Source: a virus (lineage: Duplodnaviria > Caudoviricetes). From it: a DNA stretch of 57,601 nucleotides. Below, one piece after another: positions 8,285 to 17,803 of this stretch. The notes beneath the pieces were generated by a model. That model was not told where the DNA came from, searched no databases, and worked only from the letters and a program-made list of their open reading frames with translations. The position numbers and the translations under genes were made by a program. The stretch covers positions 1 to 57,601 of the IMG/VR virus record IMGVR_UViG_3300027956_000010. One strand, written 5' to 3'. How positions within the stretch are numbered: the first letter of the stretch is position 1; every line of letters starts with the position of its first letter.

Positions 8285-9568
8285 ATGGCTGAGAACGTTG
8301 ATATGCAATCGTTTAATTTCAGTATTCAGGACACCATGGAAATGGGTCTTGGTAACACTGAACTCCTAAATGATCTGGTAGCACCTGAAACTGCTAGTGG
8401 AAATCCTGATGATCTGAAAGAGATCATTAAAGATGTAGAGCCCCCTAAACCTGCTGAAGCAGCACCTGCCCCAAAAGGCAAAGAGATAGCTGCTCCTAAA
8501 GATGATGCAGATGCTCAAGACACCTTGAAGAATTTCCTACTAGATGCTACTGATGGTGATGAGGAGAACGATGAAGATGCTGATAATCAAGAAGTTACCA
8601 CTCCAAAGAAAACTGCTAAAGCTGCTCCTGCAAAGGAAGAAGCTGCAGCTGAAGAAGATGGAGAAGAGGGTGGAACTGAAGACACTACACAGTTTGGAGC
8701 TCTTGCAAAAGACCTTTTGAAACTGGGTGTGTTCTCTAAAGATGAGGATGAGGAAGATGTAAACATTTCCACTCCTGAAGAGTTCCTAGAGCGTTTCCAA
8801 AATGAGAAGCGTAAAGGAGCTGTAGAGATGGTAAATAGCTTCATTGGTCAATTTGGCGAAGATTATCAACAAGCGTTCGATGCTATATTCGTAAAGGGAG
8901 TAGATCCCAAAGAATACTTTGGAGCTTATAATAATGTAGTGAGCTTCTCTGAAATGGATCTGTCACAAGAAGCTAACCAAGTGACAGTAATTAAGCAAGC
9001 ACTTGCTGACCAAGGTTTTGAGGCTGAAGACATTGATACAGAAGTTGAAAGACTCAAGAACTACGGTGATTTAGAGAACGTCGCTACAAAGCACCACAAA
9101 GTGCTTGTTAAGAAGGAAGCCCAGAAGCTCGCTCAAATGGAACAAAGAGCTGAACAGGAACTCCAGCAAAAACAAGCAATCAAAAACCAATACATCCAGA
9201 ATGTTCAGCAAGTCCTACAGGATAAGCTGAAAACTAAGGAGTTTGATGGAATCCCCATCAATCCCAAGTTGGCCACAGAACTACAAGACTTCCTACTGGT
9301 AGATAAGTACAAAACCCAGTCTGGTGAAACCCTGACTGATTTTGACAAGACCATCTTGGAATTGAAGAGACCTGAGAACCATGCAACAAAAGTGAAGGTT
9401 GCTCTCCTCCTAAAGATCCTAGAAAAAGATCCCACTCTATCTACCATCCAAAAGACAGGCGTTTCAAAGAAATCAAACGAGCTGTTTGGGGAAGTAGCTA
9501 GACAGGTGACACGAACTAAGTCACCAAGTAGCTCTCAGCCTTCTAAGCAAAATTCATGGTTCTTATAA
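8285..9568 (+). CDS. Putative capsid scaffolding/assembly protein
   Basis: Acidic low-complexity N-half, helical C-half, directly upstream of the MCP as in crAss-like genomes. Confidence 0.6.
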   Translation: MAENVDMQSFNFSIQDTMEMGLGNTELLNDLVAPETASGNPDDLKEIIKDVEPPKPAEAAPAPKGKEIAAPKDDADAQDTLKNFLLDATDGDEENDEDADNQEVTTPKKTAKAAPAKEEAAAEEDGEEGGTEDTTQFGALAKDLLKLGVFSKDEDEEDVNISTPEEFLERFQNEKRKGAVEMVNSFIGQFGEDYQQAFDAIFVKGVDPKEYFGAYNNVVSFSEMDLSQEANQVTVIKQALADQGFEAEDIDTEVERLKNYGDLENVATKHHKVLVKKEAQKLAQMEQRAEQELQQKQAIKNQYIQNVQQVLQDKLKTKEFDGIPINPKLATELQDFLLVDKYKTQSGETLTDFDKTILELKRPENHATKVKVALLLKILEKDPTLSTIQKTGVSKKSNELFGEVARQVTRTKSPSSSQPSKQNSWFL

Positions 9569-9595
9569 ATTTTCATTAAATAAAAGGATAACAAA

Positions 9596-11149
9596 ATGGC
9601 AATTCAAACAATCCCAGGTCTAACTGGCTTCACGTATGCTCGTGTCGCATCAATGGACAAGCGTGCTGTAGGTAAGCTAACTGACGCTAACCACCTGGAG
9701 AGCTTTCACTCAACTGAGCCTGCTGATTACGACAAGAAAATCATCAGTCTCTATACACAGAGCTCTCTGTACAGCAATGACTTCCTAGACATGATCAACA
9801 AAAGCACGCCTTATTACATTGATAATAATAGCGATGCTTGGAAATGGCAAGTAGCTGTTCCCTACAAATTCCCCAAAATCATTGATGTTCCAGCTACAAC
9901 TCTTGAGTTGAGCAAGCCTGGTATCGATGGTCAAGAGTTCCAATTGGTAATTGACACAAACGAGTTCTCTAAGAACGCAATCGTTTCTGTTGGTAGCCGC
10001 CAATATGGTCCTCGTTTTTACGTTATTAAGGATCCAGTTCCTTGGAACATGGGCTTCCTTTATAGCTTCACTTTGGTTACAGACAATCCAACTGTAGACT
10101 TCGTTAGCTCTACTTTCTTACAAGTAGGTATCGAGCTTGAGTTAGTTGATGCAGCAATTGGTGAGTTCGACCAAGATTTATTAGGTCTTCCTCGTTTGGG
10201 TGAGCAAATCACTATGTTTGAATCTTTAGGTTCTGCATATGGTTTTGAGCACAAAATCACTGAGTGGGCTGATGACAAAATGATGCGTGATAGCAAGGGT
10301 CAACCTTTGGATATCCTTGTATATGCACCTCAGCGTCGTAACCAACTTCCTTTAACTCGTAACGATGTTAAATGGGAGCCATTTATTGAGTTCTGGATGC
10401 GTAAGTCTATGCTTGAGTTAAAAGTTAAGCGTATGATTTGGTCTCGTCCTGGTACTGTTAAGACTAACGGTAGCAAGCAAGAACTTAAGCGTACATCTGC
10501 TGGTGTTTATCATCGTATGCGTAACAACGGTAACCTCGTTCAGTACAACCGTGGAGAATTCACTGCTAACCTGATCCGTTCAGTGTTTGGTGACTTGTTC
10601 TATCGTCGTGTGGATGTTAAAGACCGTCGTGTTAAAATGTACACTAACGAAGCAGGTTTTGACGTATTCCAACAAGCTTTGAAGAATGACGCTTTGAACA
10701 GTGGTCTTACCTTCATGGCTGATAGCGGAAACCGTTACATGCAAGGAGAAGGACAACACATCACTTACAACTTTGCATTCGATGCAATGGTTACACGTGA
10801 GACTGGTCGTGTTGAACTGATTCACCTGAAGGAATTGGATCTGCCTCAAACTAACCTGGAATTTGGACAGAACAAGAAGTCAACTCCTGTATTCATGGTG
10901 TTCGACGTATCTCCAATGTCTGATGGTTCTTTGGTTAACAACATTCGTGAAGTTCGTATGAAGGGTGCTCCTTCTATGACTTGGGGTTATATCGATGGAA
11001 CTCGCCACCACTTAGGCTTTGCTAAGTCTCAGGGTATGAGCTCTGCGAACAAATTCCCAGGATACGAAATCTGGATGAAGGATCGTTGTGATGTATTCAT
11101 TGAAGATTTGTCTCGTACAGTCTTGATTGAGGAAATCCCACAATTCTAA
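9596..11149 (+). CDS. Major capsid protein (crAss-like, HK97 fold)
   Basis: 517 aa, strongly biased codons (CGT/GGT/AAC), synteny; MYTNEAG and WGYIDG resemble crAss MCP motifs. Confidence 0.9.
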   Translation: MAIQTIPGLTGFTYARVASMDKRAVGKLTDANHLESFHSTEPADYDKKIISLYTQSSLYSNDFLDMINKSTPYYIDNNSDAWKWQVAVPYKFPKIIDVPATTLELSKPGIDGQEFQLVIDTNEFSKNAIVSVGSRQYGPRFYVIKDPVPWNMGFLYSFTLVTDNPTVDFVSSTFLQVGIELELVDAAIGEFDQDLLGLPRLGEQITMFESLGSAYGFEHKITEWADDKMMRDSKGQPLDILVYAPQRRNQLPLTRNDVKWEPFIEFWMRKSMLELKVKRMIWSRPGTVKTNGSKQELKRTSAGVYHRMRNNGNLVQYNRGEFTANLIRSVFGDLFYRRVDVKDRRVKMYTNEAGFDVFQQALKNDALNSGLTFMADSGNRYMQGEGQHITYNFAFDAMVTRETGRVELIHLKELDLPQTNLEFGQNKKSTPVFMVFDVSPMSDGSLVNNIREVRMKGAPSMTWGYIDGTRHHLGFAKSQGMSSANKFPGYEIWMKDRCDVFIEDLSRTVLIEEIPQF

Positions 11150-11163
11150 GAACATACAACCCC

Positions 11164-11321
11164 CCTGCAGTCTCAGTATTGCAGGCCTGCTTCTACTGGA
11201 AGCACACATATACCGAGGAGAGAACGCCCCCCACTTTCAGGGTGGGGGAGCTCTTCTCAAGTTACAGAGTGTTGGGTTAGGGTATCTCCTAATCGCTCTC
11301 CCTTCGGTGGGAACCACTCTG
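11164..11321 (+). ncRNA. Candidate structured RNA (three hairpins plus a three-way junction)
   Basis: Stems 11164-71/11178-85; 11188-94/11198-204; 11215-22/11251-58 enclosing 11228-36/11240-48; 11265-71/11315-21 enclosing two hairpins, one with a cUUCGg loop. Confidence 0.55.
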
Positions 11322-11349
11322 CAAAACAAACCAAATAAATAAACTACAT

Positions 11350-12318
11350 ATGGGTAAGTTAGGTAAAATCTCAACGATTAAGAAGGAGTATAATAACTCA
11401 CAACTTCAGACAATGCAAGGTGGTCTTGCACTCAAAGGTCTAACGCGTATTCCTGGAACAGGGGTGTTCAAATATCCCTATAAGGAACTGGATGGTAAGT
11501 ATAGAACAGGAATTGATCCTGATGCTGCTTATATCCGTAGAATTCAAGATCCTCTAGAAAGAAGCATGGAGATTGAGCGTGTTACAAATCTTAGAGACAA
11601 ATTGCAAGCTGCTCTTGGTGATGTTGATTTAGGTCCTCGTTCTAATTTCTGGAACTATGGATTGTCCACATCTACAAGTGATTCATTACATGTTCAGCCT
11701 GTTAAATTGCTAGATGGTGATAACTTTTTTGATCTTACAATTCCTTTTCAGGAATTAGCTTTCTCTTGGTTGCGTGTTCACCCTACGATTGCAAGCTCAT
11801 ATCAAGCTTGGGAACGTGGTGAATATCCTGCTGAAACTCAGTTCTACGTAGCTGATGATGAAATAGAGAATGCTGTATTGTTCAAAAAGAAACAACTTAT
11901 CAATAAAGCTATTGTTAAGTTTGACAGCATGACTCCTGAAAGAAAGAGAAAAGTAGCACGTCTGTTGGGATTACCTGTAACTGATGATACTAAAGAGGAA
12001 GCAGTTTACAATCTTGTAGACAATGTCCTCAAGCAAACCGAGTTTAAAAACGGTAAGTATCAAGGGTTAAATCCTGTTGAAGTGTTCACACGCTTCGCAG
12101 ATATGAAGGATAACTTACTCCATATCAAAGACTTAGTGAAACAAGCAATCACTCATTCTGTATATAGAGCTAAACCTAATGGTAAAATTTACGAGGGTGA
12201 GTTTGAAATAGCTAAGGACGAAGATGATTTGATTAAACAACTTGCTGATGATGATAATCAGGATTTGCTCCTGACACTCGAAGGAAAGTTGAAAACTAAG
12301 AAATTAGCTGCAGTATGA
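11350..12318 (+). CDS. Conserved crAss-like protein downstream of MCP (gene-75-like)
   Basis: Synteny and size (322 aa). Confidence 0.6.
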   Translation: MGKLGKISTIKKEYNNSQLQTMQGGLALKGLTRIPGTGVFKYPYKELDGKYRTGIDPDAAYIRRIQDPLERSMEIERVTNLRDKLQAALGDVDLGPRSNFWNYGLSTSTSDSLHVQPVKLLDGDNFFDLTIPFQELAFSWLRVHPTIASSYQAWERGEYPAETQFYVADDEIENAVLFKKKQLINKAIVKFDSMTPERKRKVARLLGLPVTDDTKEEAVYNLVDNVLKQTEFKNGKYQGLNPVEVFTRFADMKDNLLHIKDLVKQAITHSVYRAKPNGKIYEGEFEIAKDEDDLIKQLADDDNQDLLLTLEGKLKTKKLAAV

Positions 12319-13046
12319 TACCAGTAGACAGTTTATTATATAAGATTGATCAAAAACTAAATAAACTGTCAACTAACGTTCACCAGCAGATAAACTTAGA
12401 AGATAAGATTTTGGCCTTAAATGAGGCTCAAATTAAGCTGATAAAACAAAAGGTTGATGGTTTTAGTGTAATAAGTGGAATGGGACTAGACGCTTTCAAA
12501 AAGCGTTATGAGGACCTCCAGAGCTTAGTGATCACTTACAATCACCAACCTCTTAAGCTCACCCTTAAGAACGAGGAGCTAAATCAATGGTTTGCTAACC
12601 TACACCTGCTTGTTCCAAAGTACATGTTCTATATTGATAGTTATGTGCTGGCTGATAAGGGAGTGTGTAAGGATAGAAAGATCTGGATAAACAGAGACTT
12701 GGCTAAACATGGTGACCTTCAGTTCATTCTGAACAACACCCATTACAAACCAAGCTTTGAATACCAAGAGACTTTCAACTTCCTTTCGACAGATGAAATA
12801 AGCATCTTCACTGATGGCACGTTCACACCAAAAGATATCTATATGTCATACATGAGATATCCTGTTTACATAGACAAGACTGGATATGTAAGATTTGATG
12901 GAACAGACTCAGTGGACCAAGATTGCGAACTTGAACTCTATCTGGAGGATGAATTAGTAGACTTAACAGTACAAAACCTGGCAATGTACACTGAGAACCA
13001 GTCCGCTGCTCAAAGTGCACAATTCAGGATACAGACTAACGAATAA
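12315..13046 (+). CDS. Putative head-tail ring/adaptor protein
   Basis: LNEAQIKLI, YMRYP and CELELYLEDELVDLTV resemble crAss ring proteins; synteny. Confidence 0.6.
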   Translation: MIPVDSLLYKIDQKLNKLSTNVHQQINLEDKILALNEAQIKLIKQKVDGFSVISGMGLDAFKKRYEDLQSLVITYNHQPLKLTLKNEELNQWFANLHLLVPKYMFYIDSYVLADKGVCKDRKIWINRDLAKHGDLQFILNNTHYKPSFEYQETFNFLSTDEISIFTDGTFTPKDIYMSYMRYPVYIDKTGYVRFDGTDSVDQDCELELYLEDELVDLTVQNLAMYTENQSAAQSAQFRIQTNE

Positions 13047-13073
13047 TTTTTCAATCACCTAAAATAAAACAAA

Positions 13074-14246
13074 ATGGCTGATTTTTCATTAACTACGCTG
13101 TTCGTAGTACCAGTAGGGCAATCTGCGCTCCCTAGCTCTGGATCTACGCAAAATTTAACAGCAGGTCAGGTGGGTATATTCCGCAATGACTACACTCTTG
13201 CAACAGCTGCTAACATCGCTGCTGCTCCCTATTTTTATGTTGCGCAGGGCCGTACTAACACTTATCTGCAAGGCTCTAAGCGTTCTGATAAGATTAAAGG
13301 TTGTCCTTCTGGTGCTGGTTGTAACAGCAACGTAACTGAGTGGTATAAAGTGGACGGATGTCCTACTCCTCTTACTCAGATTACAGATGTTGTTAACTGG
13401 AACGCACAGTGTGGTGATGTTATCACCGTTACTCTTCGTGCTCACTCTAGCTACTTAGACACTTTGTACTTCAACGGTTTCACTCGTTCAGTAACTGTAA
13501 ATGCACCTTGTTGCGATTGCGGTGGTGATCCTTGTACTAACGTTGATGTACCTGCTTTGATTGATGATGTTATCTATCATTTCAATCTTCAGGCTCCTGG
13601 AAACAACCCTGACAACATCACTTTCTCTGACTTCTATCAGTTCCAGAGAATTGGTAACGACCAAAACGCTTTCTTGCGTATCACTGGTAAGCCTCTTACC
13701 AAATATGGTCAGCCTTGTGATGTAGCAGCATTTCCTTACGAGTATGACCGTATGTGGTTCCGTACATTCGTATTTAGTGGACCTGCAACAACTGCTGACT
13801 TCATCGTAGCAGATCCTTGTAACACTGTAGCTGATCCTATTGTAGTACAGCGTTCTTCTTACGCTAGTGGTACTTCTGCAGAGATCGCACAATTAGAGAA
13901 GAACTTCTACAGCTACCAAGCTGGTTACTTGAAGCATCTCTACAGAATGAATGGTTATAACGAGAACTTTGAGAGCTGGGTGAGTGATGGTACAACCTAC
14001 AGCACCTACTACATCAAGTTCAACGAGTATAACAAGTCTGAATACAGCTGGGGTGACTATATCAAAGAAGACAGCACTGTAATTATTGCTGTTGAAAAGG
14101 ATAGCGCTATGGAAACAGCTATTGAAGCAGTTCTTGTAGCTGGTCTTGGTGCAGTAAGTAGCATAAATGGTGTGTGTGTAACAACTACATCTACTACAAC
14201 CACTGTATGGCCTTCTACTACTACTACATCAACCCTGATTCCGTAA
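13074..14246 (+). CDS. Putative auxiliary capsid (decoration) protein with C-terminal poly-Thr tail
   Basis: High-expression codon usage like the MCP, beta-rich, followed by a terminator; ends TTTSTTTTVWPSTTTTSTLIP. Confidence 0.6.
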   Translation: MADFSLTTLFVVPVGQSALPSSGSTQNLTAGQVGIFRNDYTLATAANIAAAPYFYVAQGRTNTYLQGSKRSDKIKGCPSGAGCNSNVTEWYKVDGCPTPLTQITDVVNWNAQCGDVITVTLRAHSSYLDTLYFNGFTRSVTVNAPCCDCGGDPCTNVDVPALIDDVIYHFNLQAPGNNPDNITFSDFYQFQRIGNDQNAFLRITGKPLTKYGQPCDVAAFPYEYDRMWFRTFVFSGPATTADFIVADPCNTVADPIVVQRSSYASGTSAEIAQLEKNFYSYQAGYLKHLYRMNGYNENFESWVSDGTTYSTYYIKFNEYNKSEYSWGDYIKEDSTVIIAVEKDSAMETAIEAVLVAGLGAVSSINGVCVTTTSTTTTVWPSTTTTSTLIP

Positions 14247-14277
14247 TAGTAGGTAAGTAACCTAGATTATATTAACC

Positions 14278-14327
14278 TAAGCCAGAGGTGAGAGGATACA
14301 AACTCAGATCCTCTGGCTTATTTATTT
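14278..14327 (+). terminator. Intrinsic terminator or attenuator hairpin
   Basis: TAAGCCAGAGG (14278-88) pairs with CCTCTGGCTTA (14310-20), followed by TTTATTT. Confidence 0.75.
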
Positions 14328-14335
14328 AAAACAAC

Positions 14336-14899
14336 ATGGCAGATTTAAAATTAGATATACTAGTAATCCCTACGTACAACACAACCACGCTTGGGGTTGC
14401 TGATGCTTCTGTCTATCCAACTAATCCTCCTGTTGTTTCTGGTGCTACAATTGAAATCACTGTTCCTGGATTTGGTACATTTATCAAACCTTTCAGTGTT
14501 AATGACTTCAATATATTCACCACTTCAAACTTAGGAATATCCCCCGTAGGTATAGATCAACCTCTACCTGATGGGGTTTATCGTTTAAGATACTCTGTAG
14601 CTCCTGCATATCAGAACTTTGTAGAGAAGTCAATTATGCGTGTAGAACAGTTGCAAGAAAAGTTTGATGGTGCATTTATGAAGCTTGATATGATGGAATG
14701 TGATAGAGCTATTAAGACACAAGCAAAGGTGGACTTAAACTCTATTTACTTCTTTATACAAGGAGCTATTGCTGCCGCTAATAACTGTGCTGATGTTGAG
14801 GCAATTAAGTTATATAACCAGGCAGATATGATGCTAAACAATTTCATTAAAAACAATTGTGGTTGTTCTGGAACCAACTATGTCATAAACTTCTACTAA
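14336..14899 (+). CDS. Putative tail hub/fibre-attachment structural protein
   Basis: LPDGVY motif and helical Cys-containing C-terminus; position in the structural block. Confidence 0.5.
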   Translation: MADLKLDILVIPTYNTTTLGVADASVYPTNPPVVSGATIEITVPGFGTFIKPFSVNDFNIFTTSNLGISPVGIDQPLPDGVYRLRYSVAPAYQNFVEKSIMRVEQLQEKFDGAFMKLDMMECDRAIKTQAKVDLNSIYFFIQGAIAAANNCADVEAIKLYNQADMMLNNFIKNNCGCSGTNYVINFY

Positions 14900-14900
14900 T

Positions 14901-15053
14901 ATGGCTATGTGTAAAAAATGTGGAGCTAAGGTTGGATGTGGATGTCAATTAATTAATGGTCTTTGTGCTGCATGCAACGCTGCTGCAAAACAAGGAAGAA
15001 AATTTATAGGAAATGTTATCACCCAGGCTTACAAATTGTCCAGAGTGCGCTAG
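14901..15053 (+). CDS. Small Cys-rich protein (50 aa, MAMCKKCGAKVGCGCQLINGLCAAC...), absent from the ORF track
   Basis: ATG 1 nt after the upstream stop, six Cys arranged CxxC/CGC/CxxC, TAG at 15051-15053. Confidence 0.7.
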   Translation: MAMCKKCGAKVGCGCQLINGLCAACNAAAKQGRKFIGNVITQAYKLSRVR

Positions 15054-15279
15054 TATTCCTGCTCTACTTGCTGATATAGATTGCAAGCTGAACGAGCTTG
15101 GAAACAATTTGTATAACAATATCTCGTTTATGTTGAATCAGCCTGTCCCTGGAGGGGTGATGCTGGACCTCATAAACTACAAAAGAATACTTACTTATAA
15201 GTATTGTAACCCGAATTATGCTGCTCCTTTCACGGTAAACATGATTGCTAGCAGAGTTAAACTTTTAAAATATAAATAG
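15013..15279 (+). CDS. Small structural protein with N-terminal CxxC
   Basis: 88-aa ORF abutting the next gene. Confidence 0.65.
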   Translation: MLSPRLTNCPECASIPALLADIDCKLNELGNNLYNNISFMLNQPVPGGVMLDLINYKRILTYKYCNPNYAAPFTVNMIASRVKLLKYK

Positions 15280-16410
15280 ATGTCTTGCTCAAATTGCTAT
15301 AATGGTTGTGCAGAAACTGTATCTGATCAGTGTGTAAGATATACTGGTATAGATGTTCCTGTTTTAGGTATTAAAACAGGAGACTCTCTTTCGTATGTTG
15401 AACAAGCACTCATCGAGTTTCTCACCTCTACTCTCAACGGGACTGGTATAAAATTAGATATCAATCCTCAAATCATCTGTGAGATTGTAAACAAGAACTT
15501 GGTGTCTTGTGAAGATCTTACACTCCCTAATGTTATTAGTGCATTGATTAAAGCTGTATGCGAAATCGATGTAAGACTTACTGCTCTGGAGGAAGACTTT
15601 GCTGCTTTAGAAGGACCTTACACTGTAGGTTGTCTTACAGGTGTAACTTCTACTTCTGGAACACATGCCATCCTTCAGGCAACAATCACTAAGCTTTGTG
15701 CTCTAGAGGCTGAGCTGGATGCTTTCATTCTAGATGTAGAGACTAACTATGTAAAGAAGTCAGAACTCTGTGCCCTTGTAGCAGCTTGTACACCAGCTCC
15801 TGGTGCTGTACAATATAAAGACAGAATGGTTCCTTACACAGTAGTTGAATACTACGGATCTCTAGCTAACTTTGACACTACAGGTGCTGGTCTTGCAGCT
15901 AATGGATTTGATAAAATCTACCTGTGTAATGGAAACAATAGCACTCCTGACAAGCGTGGAAGATTTGCTGTAGGTGCTATTCAGGGTGTTCCTGGAGGTG
16001 CTCTTAGTCCTGTGGTTGATCCTTTTGTAAGCCCTGCGAATCCTAACTATGCTATTAACACTCTTGCTGGTGAGAATGCTGTAACTCTTACAACATTACA
16101 AATTCCTGCACATACACACACTGCAAATACCACTTTTGTAGATCCTGGACATTATCACTTTATTGCTAATCCTGGAGATACAAGTGTATCATTAGACTCA
16201 ACTCATAGTGCTGCTGTTGGACATTCTACAGGTGGAAACCTTGGATATGAACTTGTGAATACAACAGGAACAACAGCTACTGTTGGTCGTACAAGTGTTG
16301 ATACCACAGGAATATTTGTAGGTGTAAACAATGACTCTACAGGAGGTGGACAATCTCACAACAATATCCCTCCAGTTCGTGCTTGCTACTACATTATGTA
16401 CATCCCTTAA
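15280..16410 (+). CDS. Tail fibre with phage tail-collar domain
   Basis: YLCNG..TPDKRGRFAVG (collar); GENAVTLTTLQIPAHTH, DPGHYH and GGGQSHNNIPP (His-rich fibre tip). Confidence 0.85.
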   Translation: MSCSNCYNGCAETVSDQCVRYTGIDVPVLGIKTGDSLSYVEQALIEFLTSTLNGTGIKLDINPQIICEIVNKNLVSCEDLTLPNVISALIKAVCEIDVRLTALEEDFAALEGPYTVGCLTGVTSTSGTHAILQATITKLCALEAELDAFILDVETNYVKKSELCALVAACTPAPGAVQYKDRMVPYTVVEYYGSLANFDTTGAGLAANGFDKIYLCNGNNSTPDKRGRFAVGAIQGVPGGALSPVVDPFVSPANPNYAINTLAGENAVTLTTLQIPAHTHTANTTFVDPGHYHFIANPGDTSVSLDSTHSAAVGHSTGGNLGYELVNTTGTTATVGRTSVDTTGIFVGVNNDSTGGGQSHNNIPPVRACYYIMYIP

Positions 16411-16431
16411 TAGTTAAACTCCTTATATAAA

Positions 16432-16992
16432 ATGATATATCTTCCAGCTAATCCTTGCTGCACACCAGTACCAGTTGTTACATCTTGTGGATGTGGTGAC
16501 CCTTGTTCAGCAACACCCTACCCAACCAATGGTATTGCATATAGTGGGCCCAATCTTCCTTGTACAGGAATTGTTACAGGTGACACAGCTACAGTTGCTT
16601 TTGAGAAAGTGGATAATGAAGTTTGCACTCTGAAAACTCAGATTGCAAATCTTCAGACTTTGGTGAACAGTTTGACAACTACCACTACTAGCACTAGCAC
16701 TAGCTCAACCACCACAACTACCACTACAATACTCTGCCCTTCTTGTAAGTTCTACTCAGTAGAAAATTCTACAGTTTCTGAGGTGGAAGTTGTATATTAT
16801 CAGTGTGGAGGAATTCTTGCAAGTGCTAACGTTGTTGGACCAACCACCATCTATATTTGTGCTTGCGAAGACTCTGTAGTAGTGCCCCCAGTTCCAGGTG
16901 TAACACTTACTAATCTTGGGGATTGTCCTGTGACAACCACCACTACTACAACGATAGCACCTCCAACAACCACAACAACCACAACCATCTAA
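16432..16992 (+). CDS. Cys-rich appendage protein with short coiled coil and poly-Thr linkers
   Basis: N-terminal module shared with the fibre gene, two Thr tracts and a small Cys domain. Confidence 0.7.
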   Translation: MIYLPANPCCTPVPVVTSCGCGDPCSATPYPTNGIAYSGPNLPCTGIVTGDTATVAFEKVDNEVCTLKTQIANLQTLVNSLTTTTTSTSTSSTTTTTTTILCPSCKFYSVENSTVSEVEVVYYQCGGILASANVVGPTTIYICACEDSVVVPPVPGVTLTNLGDCPVTTTTTTTIAPPTTTTTTTI

Positions 16993-16998
16993 TAACAC

Positions 16999-17622
16999 GT
17001 GATAGTAACAATAACTTTAACAACCGCTGGATCTGATACAGGACCTTTTAACCTGTATTCAGATCTAGACGGGTATATATCAGCATTTGAAACAGGAGTG
17101 AGCAAAGTGGCTCTCTTGGCTGGATACACCAGTATCCTAGTTCCTGATGGAACAACAATTGTCAGAGTGGCATCAAGCAATCCACTTTGTTCAAACTATG
17201 TTGATATTATTGTTGTACAATGTGGTATTACGACAACTACAACCACTACAACAATAACACCTACTACCACAACAACCACTACTACAGTTAGTCCTACAAC
17301 TACCACAACAACTACAACAGTAACACCTACAACTACTACTACCACCACAACTGTAACGCCTACAACTACAACCACTACGAGTAGTAGTACAACTACCACT
17401 ACAACTACAGTAACACCAACCACTACAACTACAACCACTGTTGTTTCTTGTACTGCATGGAATAACCTGTCAGGAGTTAGTGCTTATTATGACTGGGTAG
17501 ATTGTAACGGCACGGTACACCTAAATGAAGAGATTCTAGACGAGGGTACAATATGTGCTCAGGATGGATCAGTAGCTTACATATCTGGAGGTATGTTAAC
17601 TGCAGCTGGTTCTTGTTCATAG
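16999..17622 (+). CDS. Mucin-like poly-Thr appendage protein
   Basis: GTG start, ~70-aa N-domain, ~70-aa Thr stalk, C-terminal Cys domain. Confidence 0.75.
   Translation: MIVTITLTTAGSDTGPFNLYSDLDGYISAFETGVSKVALLAGYTSILVPDGTTIVRVASSNPLCSNYVDIIVVQCGITTTTTTTTITPTTTTTTTTVSPTTTTTTTTVTPTTTTTTTTVTPTTTTTTSSSTTTTTTTVTPTTTTTTTVVSCTAWNNLSGVSAYYDWVDCNGTVHLNEEILDEGTICAQDGSVAYISGGMLTAAGSCS
17230..17440 (+). repeat. (ACN)n coding repeat: units of about 8-9 Thr plus (V/I)-(T/S)-P
   Basis: Read directly; third codon positions vary among ACA/ACT/ACC/ACG. Confidence 0.9.
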
Positions 17623-17635
17623 TAAAGATATCAAA

Positions 17636-17694
17636 AAGCTCTGTTTGTTGGTTTTCAGAGCTTCTCCCTGGGGTTTCTACCCTGGGGAGTTTTT
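17636..17694 (+). terminator. Tandem hairpins with U-tract (intrinsic terminator)
   Basis: AAGCTCTG/CAGAGCTT (17636-17663), then CTCCCTGGGG/CCCTGGGGAG (17664-17689, with G-U pairs) and TTTTT. Confidence 0.8.
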
Positions 17695-17742
17695 ATTTAT
17701 AACAGACTTAGTTAGTATCAATAATAAGGTTGGTTAAAATAA

Positions 17743-17775
17743 TTTGGAAAATATCAAAAAACTTTCGTACCTTTA
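17743..17775 (+). promoter_or_regulatory. Bacteroidota-type promoter for the phosphoesterase/tail operon
   Basis: TTTG (17743-46), 21-nt spacer, TACCTTTA (17768-75), just after a terminator. Confidence 0.65.
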
Positions 17776-17803
17776 GGGCAATTTTAATCAAACTAAAACG
17801 TAA

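Noticed and set aside
3016-11149. Introns or inteins in terL, portal, MCP (also checked by eye in the RNAP)
   Set aside because: ORFs are continuous and of expected size; no LAGLIDADG, HNH or C...HN intein signatures seen.
11164-11321. tRNA or known self-cleaving ribozyme
   Set aside because: No T-loop GTTCRA or cloverleaf, no hammerhead CUGAnGA/GAAA core; I could not fit HDV or pistol pseudoknots by eye.
11127-11342. 71-aa ORF across the post-MCP region, and the antisense ORF 11012-11209
   Set aside because: Non-ATG start inside the MCP gene and atypical composition; the region is better explained by RNA structure.
17196-17438. Poly-Val minus-strand ORF
   Set aside because: Reverse complement of the (ACN)n Thr repeat.
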